A stretch of 64,000 bases of DNA from an uncultured Phycisphaera sp. GTDB taxonomy: Bacteria; Planctomycetota; Phycisphaerae; UBA1845. Numbering within the stretch: the stretch's first letter is position 1; each line of letters opens with the position of its first letter. The stretch spans positions 35,580 to 99,579 of the forward strand of contig CAZYEX010000137.1 of the NCBI GenBank assembly GCA_964646605.1. The letters are read 5' to 3'. The notes beneath the pieces were generated by a model. The model was given only the letters and a program-made list of their open reading frames with translations, searched no databases and was not told the origin of the DNA. Shown here in pieces: positions 18,748-27,465 of the stretch. The position numbers and the translations under genes are program-made.

Positions 18748-19632
18748 TCACTCCGCCTCGGCCAGCCCGTGCTCGCAGAACGCTTCGGGAAGGTAATCGA
18801 TCACGTCCAGCGCCGTCATGGACCATCGACCGAGTTCCTCCGCCGCGTAGTCGCCGGCCAGTCCGTGCAGATACACGCCGAGGATCGCGGCCTCGAGCGC
18901 TTCCATCCGTTGTCCCATCAACGCCGCGATGACGCCGGTGAGTACGTCTCCCGTTCCGCCGGTGGCCATGCCCGCGTTGCCCGTTTGGTTGACGTACAGG
19001 CGTTCGCCGTTGGTGACCACCGTCCCGCGCCCTTTCAACACGACCGTACACCCATAGGTCTCGACCAGGGCGCAGGCTGCGGCTCGACGCGACGGCGCGG
19101 AGGCGTCGATCGCCCGATCCACTCCCCGCGCCGCGAGCAAGCGGCGGGCCTCACCCACGTGCGGGGTGAGCACGATACGGCGAGCATTGGGGATGTCGCT
19201 CCGTGGTCCGGCCGCCAGCAGGTTCAATCCATCCGCGTCCACGACAATCGCCCCGCGAAACGCGGACAGCAGCGCCGCGACGACGTCCGGCGTGAGCGAA
19301 TCCCCCAGCCCGGGCCCCAGCGCGATGACATCCGCCGCGAACGCCTCGATCGCGTCGAGCAGCGATTCCACATTCACAGGAAGTGCCCGCAGCGTGGCAC
19401 AAGGCGCCAGCACCCCGATCGAGGCGCGAATCGACTCGGGGGCCAGGATTTGGACAAGCCCCGCCCCGCTGCGCAAGGCGGCATTGGCCGCAAGCGCCGG
19501 CGCGCCCACCATCATCGTCTCGCCCACACATCCGCCGAGGACGACGATCCGCCCGACCTCGCCCTTGTGGGCGTCGTCGCGCCGCATCGGCGCGGCCGCG
19601 ATCTCGTGGGTGACGATCGGCTCAAGGGGCAT
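18748..19632 (-). CDS. nnrD: NAD(P)H-hydrate dehydratase (ADP-dependent (S)-NAD(P)H-hydrate dehydratase, YjeF C-terminal domain family)
   Basis: Carbohydrate-kinase-like fold motifs (VVLGGCVGETMMVGAPALAANAALRSGAGLV, GPGLG, GMATGGTGDVLTGVIAAL). Start at MPLEPIV chosen; the ORF track extends to 19656. Confidence 0.8.
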   Translation of the reverse strand: MPLEPIVTHEIAAAPMRRDDAHKGEVGRIVVLGGCVGETMMVGAPALAANAALRSGAGLVQILAPESIRASIGVLAPCATLRALPVNVESLLDAIEAFAADVIALGPGLGDSLTPDVVAALLSAFRGAIVVDADGLNLLAAGPRSDIPNARRIVLTPHVGEARRLLAARGVDRAIDASAPSRRAAACALVETYGCTVVLKGRGTVVTNGERLYVNQTGNAGMATGGTGDVLTGVIAALMGQRMEALEAAILGVYLHGLAGDYAAEELGRWSMTALDVIDYLPEAFCEHGLAEAE

Positions 19633-20431
19633 GAGGTTCTTGTCCCGATCCGGCAAGCGAGCGTCGGCGGTTGATCATCGAGGCCGCGTACCCGCCGCCG
19701 AATCCGTTGTCGATGTTGACCACGGTCACCCCCGCGGCACAACTGTTGAGCATGGCGAGAAGCGCCGCCAGCCCGTGGAAGCTCGCTCCATAGCCGACGC
19801 TCGTGGGTACCGCGATCACCGGGCAATCCACCATGCCTCCCACCACGCTGGCCAGCGCTCCCTCCATCCCCGCCACCACCACGGCCACGCTCGCCGCTTG
19901 CAGTGCCGCGGCGTGGGCCAAAAGCCGATGAATCCCCGCCACCCCGACGTCATGAAAAGTGGCGACGGTCTGGTCCATGATTTCGCACGTGACCCGGGCC
20001 TCCTCGGCCACGGGCAGGTCGCTGGTCCCGGCGCAAATCACCGCGATCGTGCCATGAGATGGCACTTTCGCTCGCTGCCTCAAAGTAATGGTCCGCGCCG
20101 ATTCGTGGTACTGGGCGGTTGGGTGCCGTCGGGCGATGGCCTCGTACACTTCCTTCGACGCCCGCGTGGCCAGCACGTTGACCTCCGAGGCCGCGCACTT
20201 GCCGAAAATCCCCGCCGCCTGTTCGACCGATTTGCCCTCGCAGTAGATGACCTCCGGAAACCCGCAGCGGATCGCTCGGTGGTGATCGACTTTGGCATAA
20301 CCCAGGTCCTCGAAAGGCATGGCCCGCAGGCGGGTCAAGGCCGCGTCCACCGTCAACCGCCCCGTTCGGAGCGATTCCAGAAGCTCGCGTAGCGCGCTTT
20401 CGGTCATGACCGCCACAGTGTAGCGCGACAT
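19622..20431 (-). CDS. larB: LarB-like PurE-fold protein (AIR-carboxylase-related; nickel-pincer nucleotide biosynthesis carboxylase/hydrolase family)
   Basis: Start at MSRYTVAV...; N-terminal LarB-specific region (TVDAALTRLRAMPFEDLGYAKVDHHRAIRCGFPEVIYCEGKS) followed by a PurE-like core (GTIAVICAGTSDLPVAEEA...VVVAGMEGALASVVGGMVDCPVIAVPTSVGYG). Confidence 0.75.
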   Translation of the reverse strand: MSRYTVAVMTESALRELLESLRTGRLTVDAALTRLRAMPFEDLGYAKVDHHRAIRCGFPEVIYCEGKSVEQAAGIFGKCAASEVNVLATRASKEVYEAIARRHPTAQYHESARTITLRQRAKVPSHGTIAVICAGTSDLPVAEEARVTCEIMDQTVATFHDVGVAGIHRLLAHAAALQAASVAVVVAGMEGALASVVGGMVDCPVIAVPTSVGYGASFHGLAALLAMLNSCAAGVTVVNIDNGFGGGYAASMINRRRSLAGSGQEPHAP

Positions 20432-20616
20432 ACGCTCCTTGGGAAACCTACAACGACGACTCTCGAGCAATTCGGCGGAAAGCCTACGGTTGGGGTGCGG
20501 ATTGCGACGGCCTCCTGCTGGAACCGTCACCAGCCGGGGATCGCCGAGGCTCGACTTGTCGCGTAACGGCGGAACGCTACACTGCTGGGCGTGGGTCTTT
20601 TTGGAAAGGGCTGACC

Positions 20617-21267
20617 ATGCCGAAAAAGATGCTTTCGTTCGGGGCAAGGGTTACAACCGTCGTGGGTCTGTCTTTGGCCGTGGCGCTTGCAGGGGAGGAA
20701 CCTACCATGAAAACCAAATCCTGGAACTTCGACACCGACAAAGCTGGCGAGTTACCCAAGGGCTTTGAAGCGGCTGCTGGAACTTGGAAGGTGGCCGCCG
20801 ATGTTTCCGCTCCCAGCAAGGCCAACGTCCTCACCCAAACGGCCAAAAGCGAAAAATCCGCCTACAACGTCCTGCTCATCAGCGACACGAACTACAAGAA
20901 CCTCGACCTCTCCGTAAAGTTCAAGGCCGTCGCCGGCGAGATCGACCAGGGCGGCGGAGTCGTCTGGCGGGCCAAGGACGCCCAAAACTACTACATCTGC
21001 CGCTACAACCCGCTGGAGGAAAACTTTCGCGTCTACAAGGTCGAAGCCGGCAAACGAACCCAGTTGGGAACCGCCGACATCCCAGCGAAGCCCGGCTGGC
21101 ACACCGTTCAGATCACCATGCTCGGGGACAAAATCGAGTGCCATTACGACGGTGACAAGCGGATCGAAGTCACCGATTCGACATTCCCAAACGGCGGCAA
21201 GATCGGCCTGTGGTCCAAAGCCGACGCCCAGACGAGCTTCGACGATTTGACGGTTTTCTCGGACTAA
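20617..21267 (+). CDS. Secreted DUF1080-like (concanavalin/LamG-like, 3-keto-disaccharide-hydrolase family) protein
   Basis: Signal peptide, then a W..F..(D/K)..G.W.V.DG........L....Y.NLDLSVKFK...GG(V)V(W)R........Y......E..RVYK ... GWH...I...G.KIE....G......D..F..GKIGLW pattern typical of DUF1080. Confidence 0.55.
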   Translation: MPKKMLSFGARVTTVVGLSLAVALAGEEPTMKTKSWNFDTDKAGELPKGFEAAAGTWKVAADVSAPSKANVLTQTAKSEKSAYNVLLISDTNYKNLDLSVKFKAVAGEIDQGGGVVWRAKDAQNYYICRYNPLEENFRVYKVEAGKRTQLGTADIPAKPGWHTVQITMLGDKIECHYDGDKRIEVTDSTFPNGGKIGLWSKADAQTSFDDLTVFSD

Positions 21268-21557
21268 CGGTCCACTGCCCACAATATATGCGAGCCGAAC
21301 GTAGCGGAGCCACTAGAGCTTGGGTGGCTGTCGCGGCGTAGGCCGTTTCATGCTTCACCTCCTGGCCCCACCCCACCGGGAATCCGCTCGGCGCTACCGG
21401 GATTTGATGTGAAGTCCTAGTCGATGGTGGACCGAAATTACCTTTACTGCCTATTTTAGCTAGACTACCCAAGATCGCAGCTTGACGTAAAGGCGCGGGC
21501 GATCGGATGTCTCGCGGGCGGTTGGGTGGAGCCTTCGGTTTCTTTGGAGAACGACGA

Positions 21558-22337
21558 ATGGCGACGAGGACTTTGACCATCGAGCAAATGTGGAAGAGCT
21601 ATCTGAAGTCGCGGGCGGTGCCGATGCGGAACCGGATCGTGGTCCACTACAGCGGGTTGGTACACACCCATGCGGCGCGGCTTTCACGAAAGCTCCCCGC
21701 ACAAATTTCGTATGACGAAATCTGCAGCGCGGCGTTTGACGGTCTGATCGAAGCCGTCGAGGCCTATGACCCGGACAAGAAGGCGAAGTTCGAGACGTTC
21801 TGCCAGCAGCGCATTTCCGGCGCGGTGATGGACTGGCTGCGGAGCCTCGACCCGCAGAGTCGGACCGTTCGCACCTTCGAGAAGAAACGCATGTTGGTCA
21901 AAGAGGCCATGGGCAGCGATGCCGACTACGCCTCGTCCCAGGCCGAGGTTGCCAAGCGCCTGGATATGAGCGTGGACCGCTTCGACTACCTTTCGCGTCT
22001 GTCGCAACTGGGCAAGGAAGTCCACTTCAGTGCCATGGAGCCCTCCGGCGAACGCCGCCAGAACGGCGCGTCGCACACCTGGGACATCCACGACAAAGGC
22101 GGCCAGGACCCGGCGGTCAAGGTCTCGCGCGAGATGTTGACCGATCATCTGACCCGCGGCCTGGCGCGCGAAGAACGGCTCGTGCTGGTGCTCTACTACT
22201 TCGAGGAAATGACCATGGCCGAGATCGGCAGCGTGCTCAATCTCTCCGAATCGCGGGTCAGCCAAATCCATAAGGAAATCCTGCAACGGTTGCGACAACG
22301 CTTCCACGGAACGCTTTGCGAAGAGCTGGTGGCGTAA
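21558..22337 (+). CDS. fliA: RNA polymerase sigma factor, FliA/WhiG (sigma-28) family
   Basis: Start at MATRTLTIEQ. Region 2 (YDPDKKAKFETFCQQRISGAVMDWLR), region 3 and region 4 HTH (MTMAEIGSVLNLSESRVSQIHKEIL). Confidence 0.8.
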   Translation: MATRTLTIEQMWKSYLKSRAVPMRNRIVVHYSGLVHTHAARLSRKLPAQISYDEICSAAFDGLIEAVEAYDPDKKAKFETFCQQRISGAVMDWLRSLDPQSRTVRTFEKKRMLVKEAMGSDADYASSQAEVAKRLDMSVDRFDYLSRLSQLGKEVHFSAMEPSGERRQNGASHTWDIHDKGGQDPAVKVSREMLTDHLTRGLAREERLVLVLYYFEEMTMAEIGSVLNLSESRVSQIHKEILQRLRQRFHGTLCEELVA

Positions 22338-22392
22338 CGAGGTTCGAAGCGCGAAGCGAGCGACGGGCACGGAGGGATCCGCCGCGGCGGAC

Positions 22393-22425
22393 AGGCTCCG
22401 CCCCGGAGAGCCTGAGAAATTTTTG
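22393..22425 (+). terminator. Rho-independent terminator downstream of fliA
   Basis: caggctc-cgccccgga-gagcctg hairpin followed by agaaattttt. Confidence 0.5.
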
Positions 22426-22553
22426 CGGCAACGGAGCATGATGGCGTTGAGGACGGTCCCCAGATCACCGCTCACACCCGAGCCACGGCGCGTTGGCCGA
22501 GCGAGAGACTACACTTCAGTCTGTTGGTTGCTGGCCGCTCGCGTTGGGGCCGC

Positions 22554-23391
22554 TCACCATCTCGTTTTCCCCGCGCTTCTGCTCATCAGCACCGCCCCGA
22601 AGTGCATCACGTTGTACGCCAGCGCGGACCCCAACGCCACGCAACGCACTTCGGCCAACCCTCGAACCCTGAAGGCTCGCAAACCTCGGAACGTCGTCCG
22701 ATCCGCATGGACCGTCTCCGAAGTCGAAGCCCGCAGTTTGTAGATCGTCTTACCTGCCTCCGAGGTCATGCGCTTTCGCCAGGCAGCCACCCCCGGCGGA
22801 TCGCTCTTGTGCTCCGTACCCACCTGCCCTTGACCGCCCGTCGGGGACAGCGGCACGTACAGGGCCGCCCCCTTACTGGCGCGCTGGCTCGATCCCGTGG
22901 CGATGGAGGTATCCACCGTCCAGCAGATGTTCGTGGGGCATCTGCCCGGTTCGGCGTTGGATCTGCTCGCGCAGCGCTCTGTCCTCGCCGCGGTCACAAC
23001 CATGATGGGTGACGCCCATCGCCACAATCGCGCGGCTCTCCGTATCCGCAGCCATCGGAACGTTGTAGGCCGGATCGAAGCCCCCATGGCCCATCTTCAT
23101 CGTTCGGGCATCCGCATCGGTCGTCGAAGCCCGTGGTTCCCGATGCTTGGAGGGTTGGTCATCCCGCGGCTTGGCCTTGACCGCCTTCCAAACCGTGCGG
23201 GCCGGGTGATCGGCCGGGAGGCGATCCTCCAGACAACAGGGCTCCAGAGTCGTCGGTTGCCGATCCCGTCGTCGCACACGGGGCGCTGCGAAGCGGTTGT
23301 CGTTCACGCCCGCGCCGCCGCCGCAGGTCGCGGCGGCGACCACCCTTCCGGGAAATAATAAGGATGTCGTTTGCATGGCCCTAATATACAC
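22554..23391 (-). pseudogene. Frameshifted and truncated IS1182/IS5-family (DDE_Tnp_1) transposase remnant
   Basis: Two minus-strand ORFs in different frames: 22873-23391 carries the N-terminal motif LEDRLPADHPARTVWKAV and a DDE core (DADARTMKMGHGGFDPAYNVPMAADTESRAIVAMGVTHHGCDRGED...HLLDGGYLH). 22554-23087 carries the family's C-terminus (TIYKLRASTSETVHADRTTFRGLRAFRVRGLAEVRCVALGSALAYNVMHFGAV). Total length is far short of an intact transposase of about 450 aa. Confidence 0.65.
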
Positions 23392-23486
23392 GCCGCGTCA
23401 AGGAAATTTGTTCTCAAGCCCGGAGCGACGACTGAAGCACTCAGCCGTCCCTCCGGGACTCGGTGGGAACGCATTCACCCCCCCAG

Positions 23487-23619
23487 CCATAAAGGGCCTG
23501 TCGATTTAATCGAAATCGAGCGCCGGAAACGGCATGATCGATGGTCAATACCATGGTTTTCATTCTTGACAACCGTTTCGTGAAGGTGCAACGGGACTAA
23601 ATCGACAGGCCCTAAATGG
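23487..23619. repeat. Long inverted repeat (22-bp arms, 2 mismatches, 89-nt spacer); hairpin or MITE-like element immediately 5' of the group II intron
   Basis: ccataaagggcctgtcgattta ... taaatcgacaggccctaaatgg. Confidence 0.5.
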
Positions 23620-23622
23620 CTA

Positions 23623-24399
23623 GTGCGCCTGAAAGTGTACTTGACTTGTGGGGTGGAAGCCCCCATCGGGCATACGCTCTCCGGCCCGTAATCGAAGGTA
23701 ACGGCGTCGCCGCGAGGCGAGGTCGAGAGCAACCGGAGGTGAACCCTCGGTCCGTAGGATGATCCTTGACACGCTGCCGACGCTACGCGTTGCGGTGCAG
23801 GGCACCGGCGGGCGTAGCCCGCGCAGCGAGTCAAGGACGATTCGGCCGGGCGTGTTGGCGAGTCTGCTGGCCAATGACGAAGCCCAGACCTTTGCGAACG
23901 AGCAAAGGAAGCCTCGTACGCTGAGGGGTAGCGCGATAAAGCGATGCGAGGACGCGCCGGGTGGTTGGCGACGGAACGAGGGGAAGGTCGAGTACATGAA
24001 TCAGGGAGACCTGGCCGTCACGTGAGACGGCCAGGAGTCAGAGCGGCCATAGTAGCGAAGCAGCGGGGTAACGCCCGTGGAGCGAAGGGCCGTAGGAAGG
24101 CGGATTCGTGAAGGGCACCCCGCGGGAAGGGACACCGGCGACAGTGAACTCCGAGAGGAGTTCTAAACAAGCCGGAGACATTCGCGTCCGATGGGCGTGG
24201 GTGGAACCCGCGGTCGCGGGGCCGATCATCAACGCCGGCCGAACGTTTACTTCGCTACGGCAGGCCTCTTCACGATGGTGGAGGCCTATCGCCAGGCGCG
24301 TCAGTCTGTGGCAGTCCACTGACCGGAGAGCCGGATGCGGGAGATCCGCACGTCCGGTTCCGAGGGAGGAGGGACGCACTGCGTCCTTCCTACCCCTAT
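23623..24399 (+). mobile_element. ORF-less bacterial group II intron (ribozyme domains I-VI, no intron-encoded protein), about 777 nt
   Basis: 5' GTGCGCCTGAAAGTGTACTTGACTTG resembles group II 5' ends (GUGYG). Internal AGTAGCGAAGCAGCGGGGTAACGCCCGTGGAGCGAAGGGCCGTAG is recalled as matching a conserved domain II-III block of bacterial group II introns. Domain V GAGCCGGATGCGGGAGATCCGCACGTCCGGTTC with AGC triad at 24328-24360. Domain VI hairpin with bulged A at about 24392, 7 nt from the proposed 3' end. Domain IV is too short (<300 nt) for an RT/maturase. Confidence 0.7.
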
Positions 24400-24589
24400 T
24401 TTTCAGTGTGTCCCGCCGGGACACCGTCACGCACGACCGCCAAAATGTGGGTAACAGCAAGGCTCTACGGCCTGTCAGCGGAGATGGGCATGAACTACGC
24501 CGCGCCCGCCTATAAACACCCGCGCCAGGACGCGAGACGGTGTTCCATCGATCCGGTATGGACCCGCTCCCAGAGGGGAGAGGGTGGTC

Positions 24590-24713
24590 CCGGCGATGAT
24601 TGACGACCAGGTGATCCACGGCACCTGAACGACCCAGGTGGGCTGCTCTGTCTCCAGCCTGACCCGTTGCCTAGCTCATCCACTGCATGGGACCTGGTCG
24701 TCAATCATCGCCG
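24590..24713. repeat. Perfect 22-bp inverted repeat separated by 80 nt (second hairpin/MITE-like element)
   Basis: ccggcgatgattgacgaccagg ... cctggtcgtcaatcatcgccgg. Confidence 0.5.
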
Positions 24714-24976
24714 GCTGTGTCCGCAACCGCCGCACCTGCACGGCAACCAAGGAATCCTACCACGAAGCGCCGTGATCGGACAACTTGCCGGAGAATCCAC
24801 TTTGTCCGCTCGAAACGCAGGGTTCTTCCCAAGGTCCATCCGGCGACCGGCACACGCCGAGGGTTTCAGTCTCCGCGCCCCAGCGCCGACGGTCTGCTCG
24901 GATCACGCGTGTCTGCGGGCTTGCGCCAGCGGATCGGATGCGCAACGCCAACGCCCAGGCGGAGTGAGATGTACTA

Positions 24977-25468
24977 CTACGGGTTCAACAAGTCCGCGAT
25001 GGCCCCCGCGTCGACCGTCCCGTCGACTTGCGAACCGTCATCCGTCGACGGCACGTTAAAGTCGATCGGCACGCGCGGCGGCAGACCGGCCCGGAGACGA
25101 AGAGCGTTCTCAAATAAAAGGATCGCCCGGTTGAGTTGATCGAAAACGATCTCAATGGCGTCGACCAGGAAAGTCGCTTTGGGATCGGGACCGGCGAGGG
25201 GCTCGTCAATCTCGATGATCGAGCGCCCGAAATCCGCCGCCGCGAGCGTTCGGGCCACCCCCGCGCTCACCATGTTTCCAGGCGACCGCCCGGCTAGGGC
25301 CCCCGCCCCCACGTTACGAAGCGGGTTCTGCTCAGTGTTCAGGACTGGTGGAAACGCCGGTGCGACCTGACCGACCGCCAGAGATCCGAACGCCAGAACA
25401 ACGACCGTGCCCAACACCAAGCTTCGCTCGCAAGTCAAGCCGTGCATCATCAGTAATCTCCCGAGCAT
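24977..25468 (-). CDS. Hypothetical small secreted protein (about 163 aa)
   Basis: Start MLGRLLMMHGLTCERSLVLGTVVVLAFGSLAVGQ (signal peptide) preceded by a GGGAGGGAGGAAGGG Shine-Dalgarno-like tract. No family recognised. Confidence 0.4.
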   Translation of the reverse strand: MLGRLLMMHGLTCERSLVLGTVVVLAFGSLAVGQVAPAFPPVLNTEQNPLRNVGAGALAGRSPGNMVSAGVARTLAAADFGRSIIEIDEPLAGPDPKATFLVDAIEIVFDQLNRAILLFENALRLRAGLPPRVPIDFNVPSTDDGSQVDGTVDAGAIADLLNP

Positions 25469-25664
25469 CCCTTCCTCCCTCTCGCCCCCTGCCCGACCTA
25501 TTCTTATTCTTCGGCCAACCCGCCCCCGTGTCAATGTAAAAAACGGCGGAGGTCGCCCCTTCGACACCCTCCGTCCGAGCCCCATCCCGAGGCGTGCCCA
25601 CGGGGCGGCGGACGACGCTCCCGCAGGCCGTTGCCCCTCGTAGCCGACGCCTGGACGACCGGGA

Positions 25665-26021
25665 TCAGACGAACGGGTCATGAACGATCGCCTGGCCGCA
25701 GTAGATGCACTTGGGCAGGCGACGCGAGATGGTCCGGCGACATTTGGGGCAACTCACGGCCCCCTTGGTCACCTTCCCGTCCAGTCTTCCGTCGGACAAG
25801 TCCAGATCATTCATTCGCTGGGCCAGTTCCTCCTCACTGATGTTCAGCTTTTCGCGGACCAAGGTCCACAATGCTTCGACAGCGAGGACGGTTCGGTCCA
25901 GGCGGATGCCCACTTCGTCGGCGGCACGCTCCGATCGCCGCGAAGCGCCTTCCGCGGCCGCCGCCCCAACCGCCTCGCCCATGGTGAATGACGTGCCTCC
26001 CAAAAAACCGTACAAACTCAT
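25665..26021 (-). CDS. Small protein with C-terminal Cys4 zinc ribbon (CPKC...CIYC); last gene of the six-gene operon
   Basis: Start at MSLYGFLGG; 119 aa; 22 bp downstream of the SDR gene. Confidence 0.5.
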   Translation of the reverse strand: MSLYGFLGGTSFTMGEAVGAAAAEGASRRSERAADEVGIRLDRTVLAVEALWTLVREKLNISEEELAQRMNDLDLSDGRLDGKVTKGAVSCPKCRRTISRRLPKCIYCGQAIVHDPFV

Positions 26022-26043
26022 GGCGCTACTCGACCTTCCTTTC

Positions 26044-26757
26044 TCAGTCACCCGCCCGGCGTACGAAGACGGTTTGGCCCGTCGCGTATTGACACGCCGG
26101 CTGGGCAAGCGTGAAGACCATGTCGGCGACGTCCGACGGCTGCAAGGTCTGGGTGTCCGAAAAGGTCGGGAATGCGTCGCGGAGCATTCGCGTTTCGACG
26201 GCCCCTGGAGCCACGCTGAATACACGGATGCGACACTCCCGACCTTCCTCCGCCAGCCCCTTCGTCCACGCGTTGACCCAAGCCTTGGCCGCCCCGTAGG
26301 CCGCGAAACCGGGGAAGGGATCCACGGACGCGATGGACGAGATGTTGACGATCACCCCGCCGCCCTTGCCCTTCATCACCGGCCAAACACGACGACAGGT
26401 GCGATATACCGCCTCGACGTTGATCGACAGAATCTCGGAAAAACGCGCCGCGTCCAACTCCTCGATCGGGCACATCGGCGCCACACCCGCGCAGTTCACC
26501 AAGACGTCGATCCGTCCGAAGCATTTGGCGGTTTCATCCACCAGGGCGTCGATGTCCGCGGCGCGCGAGAGGTCGGTCGGACGCACGTCGCAGCGCCCGC
26601 CCGATTGCACGATCAACCGCTGGGTTTCTTCGAGTTCGCCGGAGGAGCGAGAGGCCGCGACAACTTGGCAACCCTCCGCGGCAAAGCGCTGGCAGATCGC
26701 CCGCCCGATTCCTCGTCCCCCGCCCGTCACCACGACCACACGCTCTGCCATGCCCAC
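26044..26757 (-). CDS. SDR-family short-chain dehydrogenase/reductase
   Basis: TGGGRGIGRAI Rossmann motif, NCAG, catalytic YxxxK (YGAAKAW). Confidence 0.85.
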   Translation of the reverse strand: MGMAERVVVVTGGGRGIGRAICQRFAAEGCQVVAASRSSGELEETQRLIVQSGGRCDVRPTDLSRAADIDALVDETAKCFGRIDVLVNCAGVAPMCPIEELDAARFSEILSINVEAVYRTCRRVWPVMKGKGGGVIVNISSIASVDPFPGFAAYGAAKAWVNAWTKGLAEEGRECRIRVFSVAPGAVETRMLRDAFPTFSDTQTLQPSDVADMVFTLAQPACQYATGQTVFVRRAGD

Positions 26758-26868
26758 CCCACTTTTCCCGGCGTTTCTCGGCTTGACTATGATAATTGCC
26801 GTAAGGCTGCGGTGTCCATTCCAAATTCGCGTCTCGTTTGGAATGCCGCCTCTGAACGGCGGACCCTC

Positions 26869-27459
26869 TCAGGCGGCGACGATTTTGCGCAGCTCGTCGA
26901 GTCGGCGAATGACGAAATCGGCCTGGGGGGCGTAGCTGGGCGGCGTTTGTTCGCCGATCATCAGCACGGTGCGCGTGCCGGCGCTTTTGCCGGAAAGAAT
27001 GTCGAAAAGATAGTCGCCGACCATCCAACTGCGCGCCGGGTCGGCGTGCAATTCCTCGCAGATGGAGAGCACCGGCGCGGCCGAAGGTTTGATCGCGCCA
27101 TCCTCGCGCGTACGGACGGCGTCCACGACGATGGCGAATCGACCAAGTATGAAGTCGACGACGGTGCGGGTGTTGCGGGTAAGAATGGCGATGGGATACC
27201 CCCCCGATCGCAAGTCATGCAGGACTTCGACGGCATCCTCGTACAGCGTCGCCTCCCGCGCCGCTTGCCATTCGTGCCGCGCGAGGACCTCGACGGCCCG
27301 GCCGCGATCGATGTCGTCCATGACCTCCAGCGCCTCCAAAATCGGCCCCTGGGCGATTCCGATTTCGCGGCGGATGGCGTCGAAATCCAGATAGGGGCGA
27401 GTGAGCGTGCCGTCGAGATCGAGGATCACCGCGGACCGATAGGGCGGTTGAGAATCCAT
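26869..27459 (-). CDS. HAD-superfamily hydrolase (phosphatase, PGP-like subfamily)
   Basis: Motif I ILDLDGTLT; motif III/IV region (MVGDYLFDILSGKSAG). Confidence 0.8.
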   Translation of the reverse strand: MDSQPPYRSAVILDLDGTLTRPYLDFDAIRREIGIAQGPILEALEVMDDIDRGRAVEVLARHEWQAAREATLYEDAVEVLHDLRSGGYPIAILTRNTRTVVDFILGRFAIVVDAVRTREDGAIKPSAAPVLSICEELHADPARSWMVGDYLFDILSGKSAGTRTVLMIGEQTPPSYAPQADFVIRRLDELRKIVAA

Positions 27460-27465
27460 GGCTGG

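Noticed and set aside
24406-25139. Several 60-150-aa ORFs between the intron and the small secreted-protein gene
   Set aside because: Arg/Pro-rich, no motifs, overlapping each other in different frames; region is better explained as non-coding remnants around the 22-bp inverted repeat.
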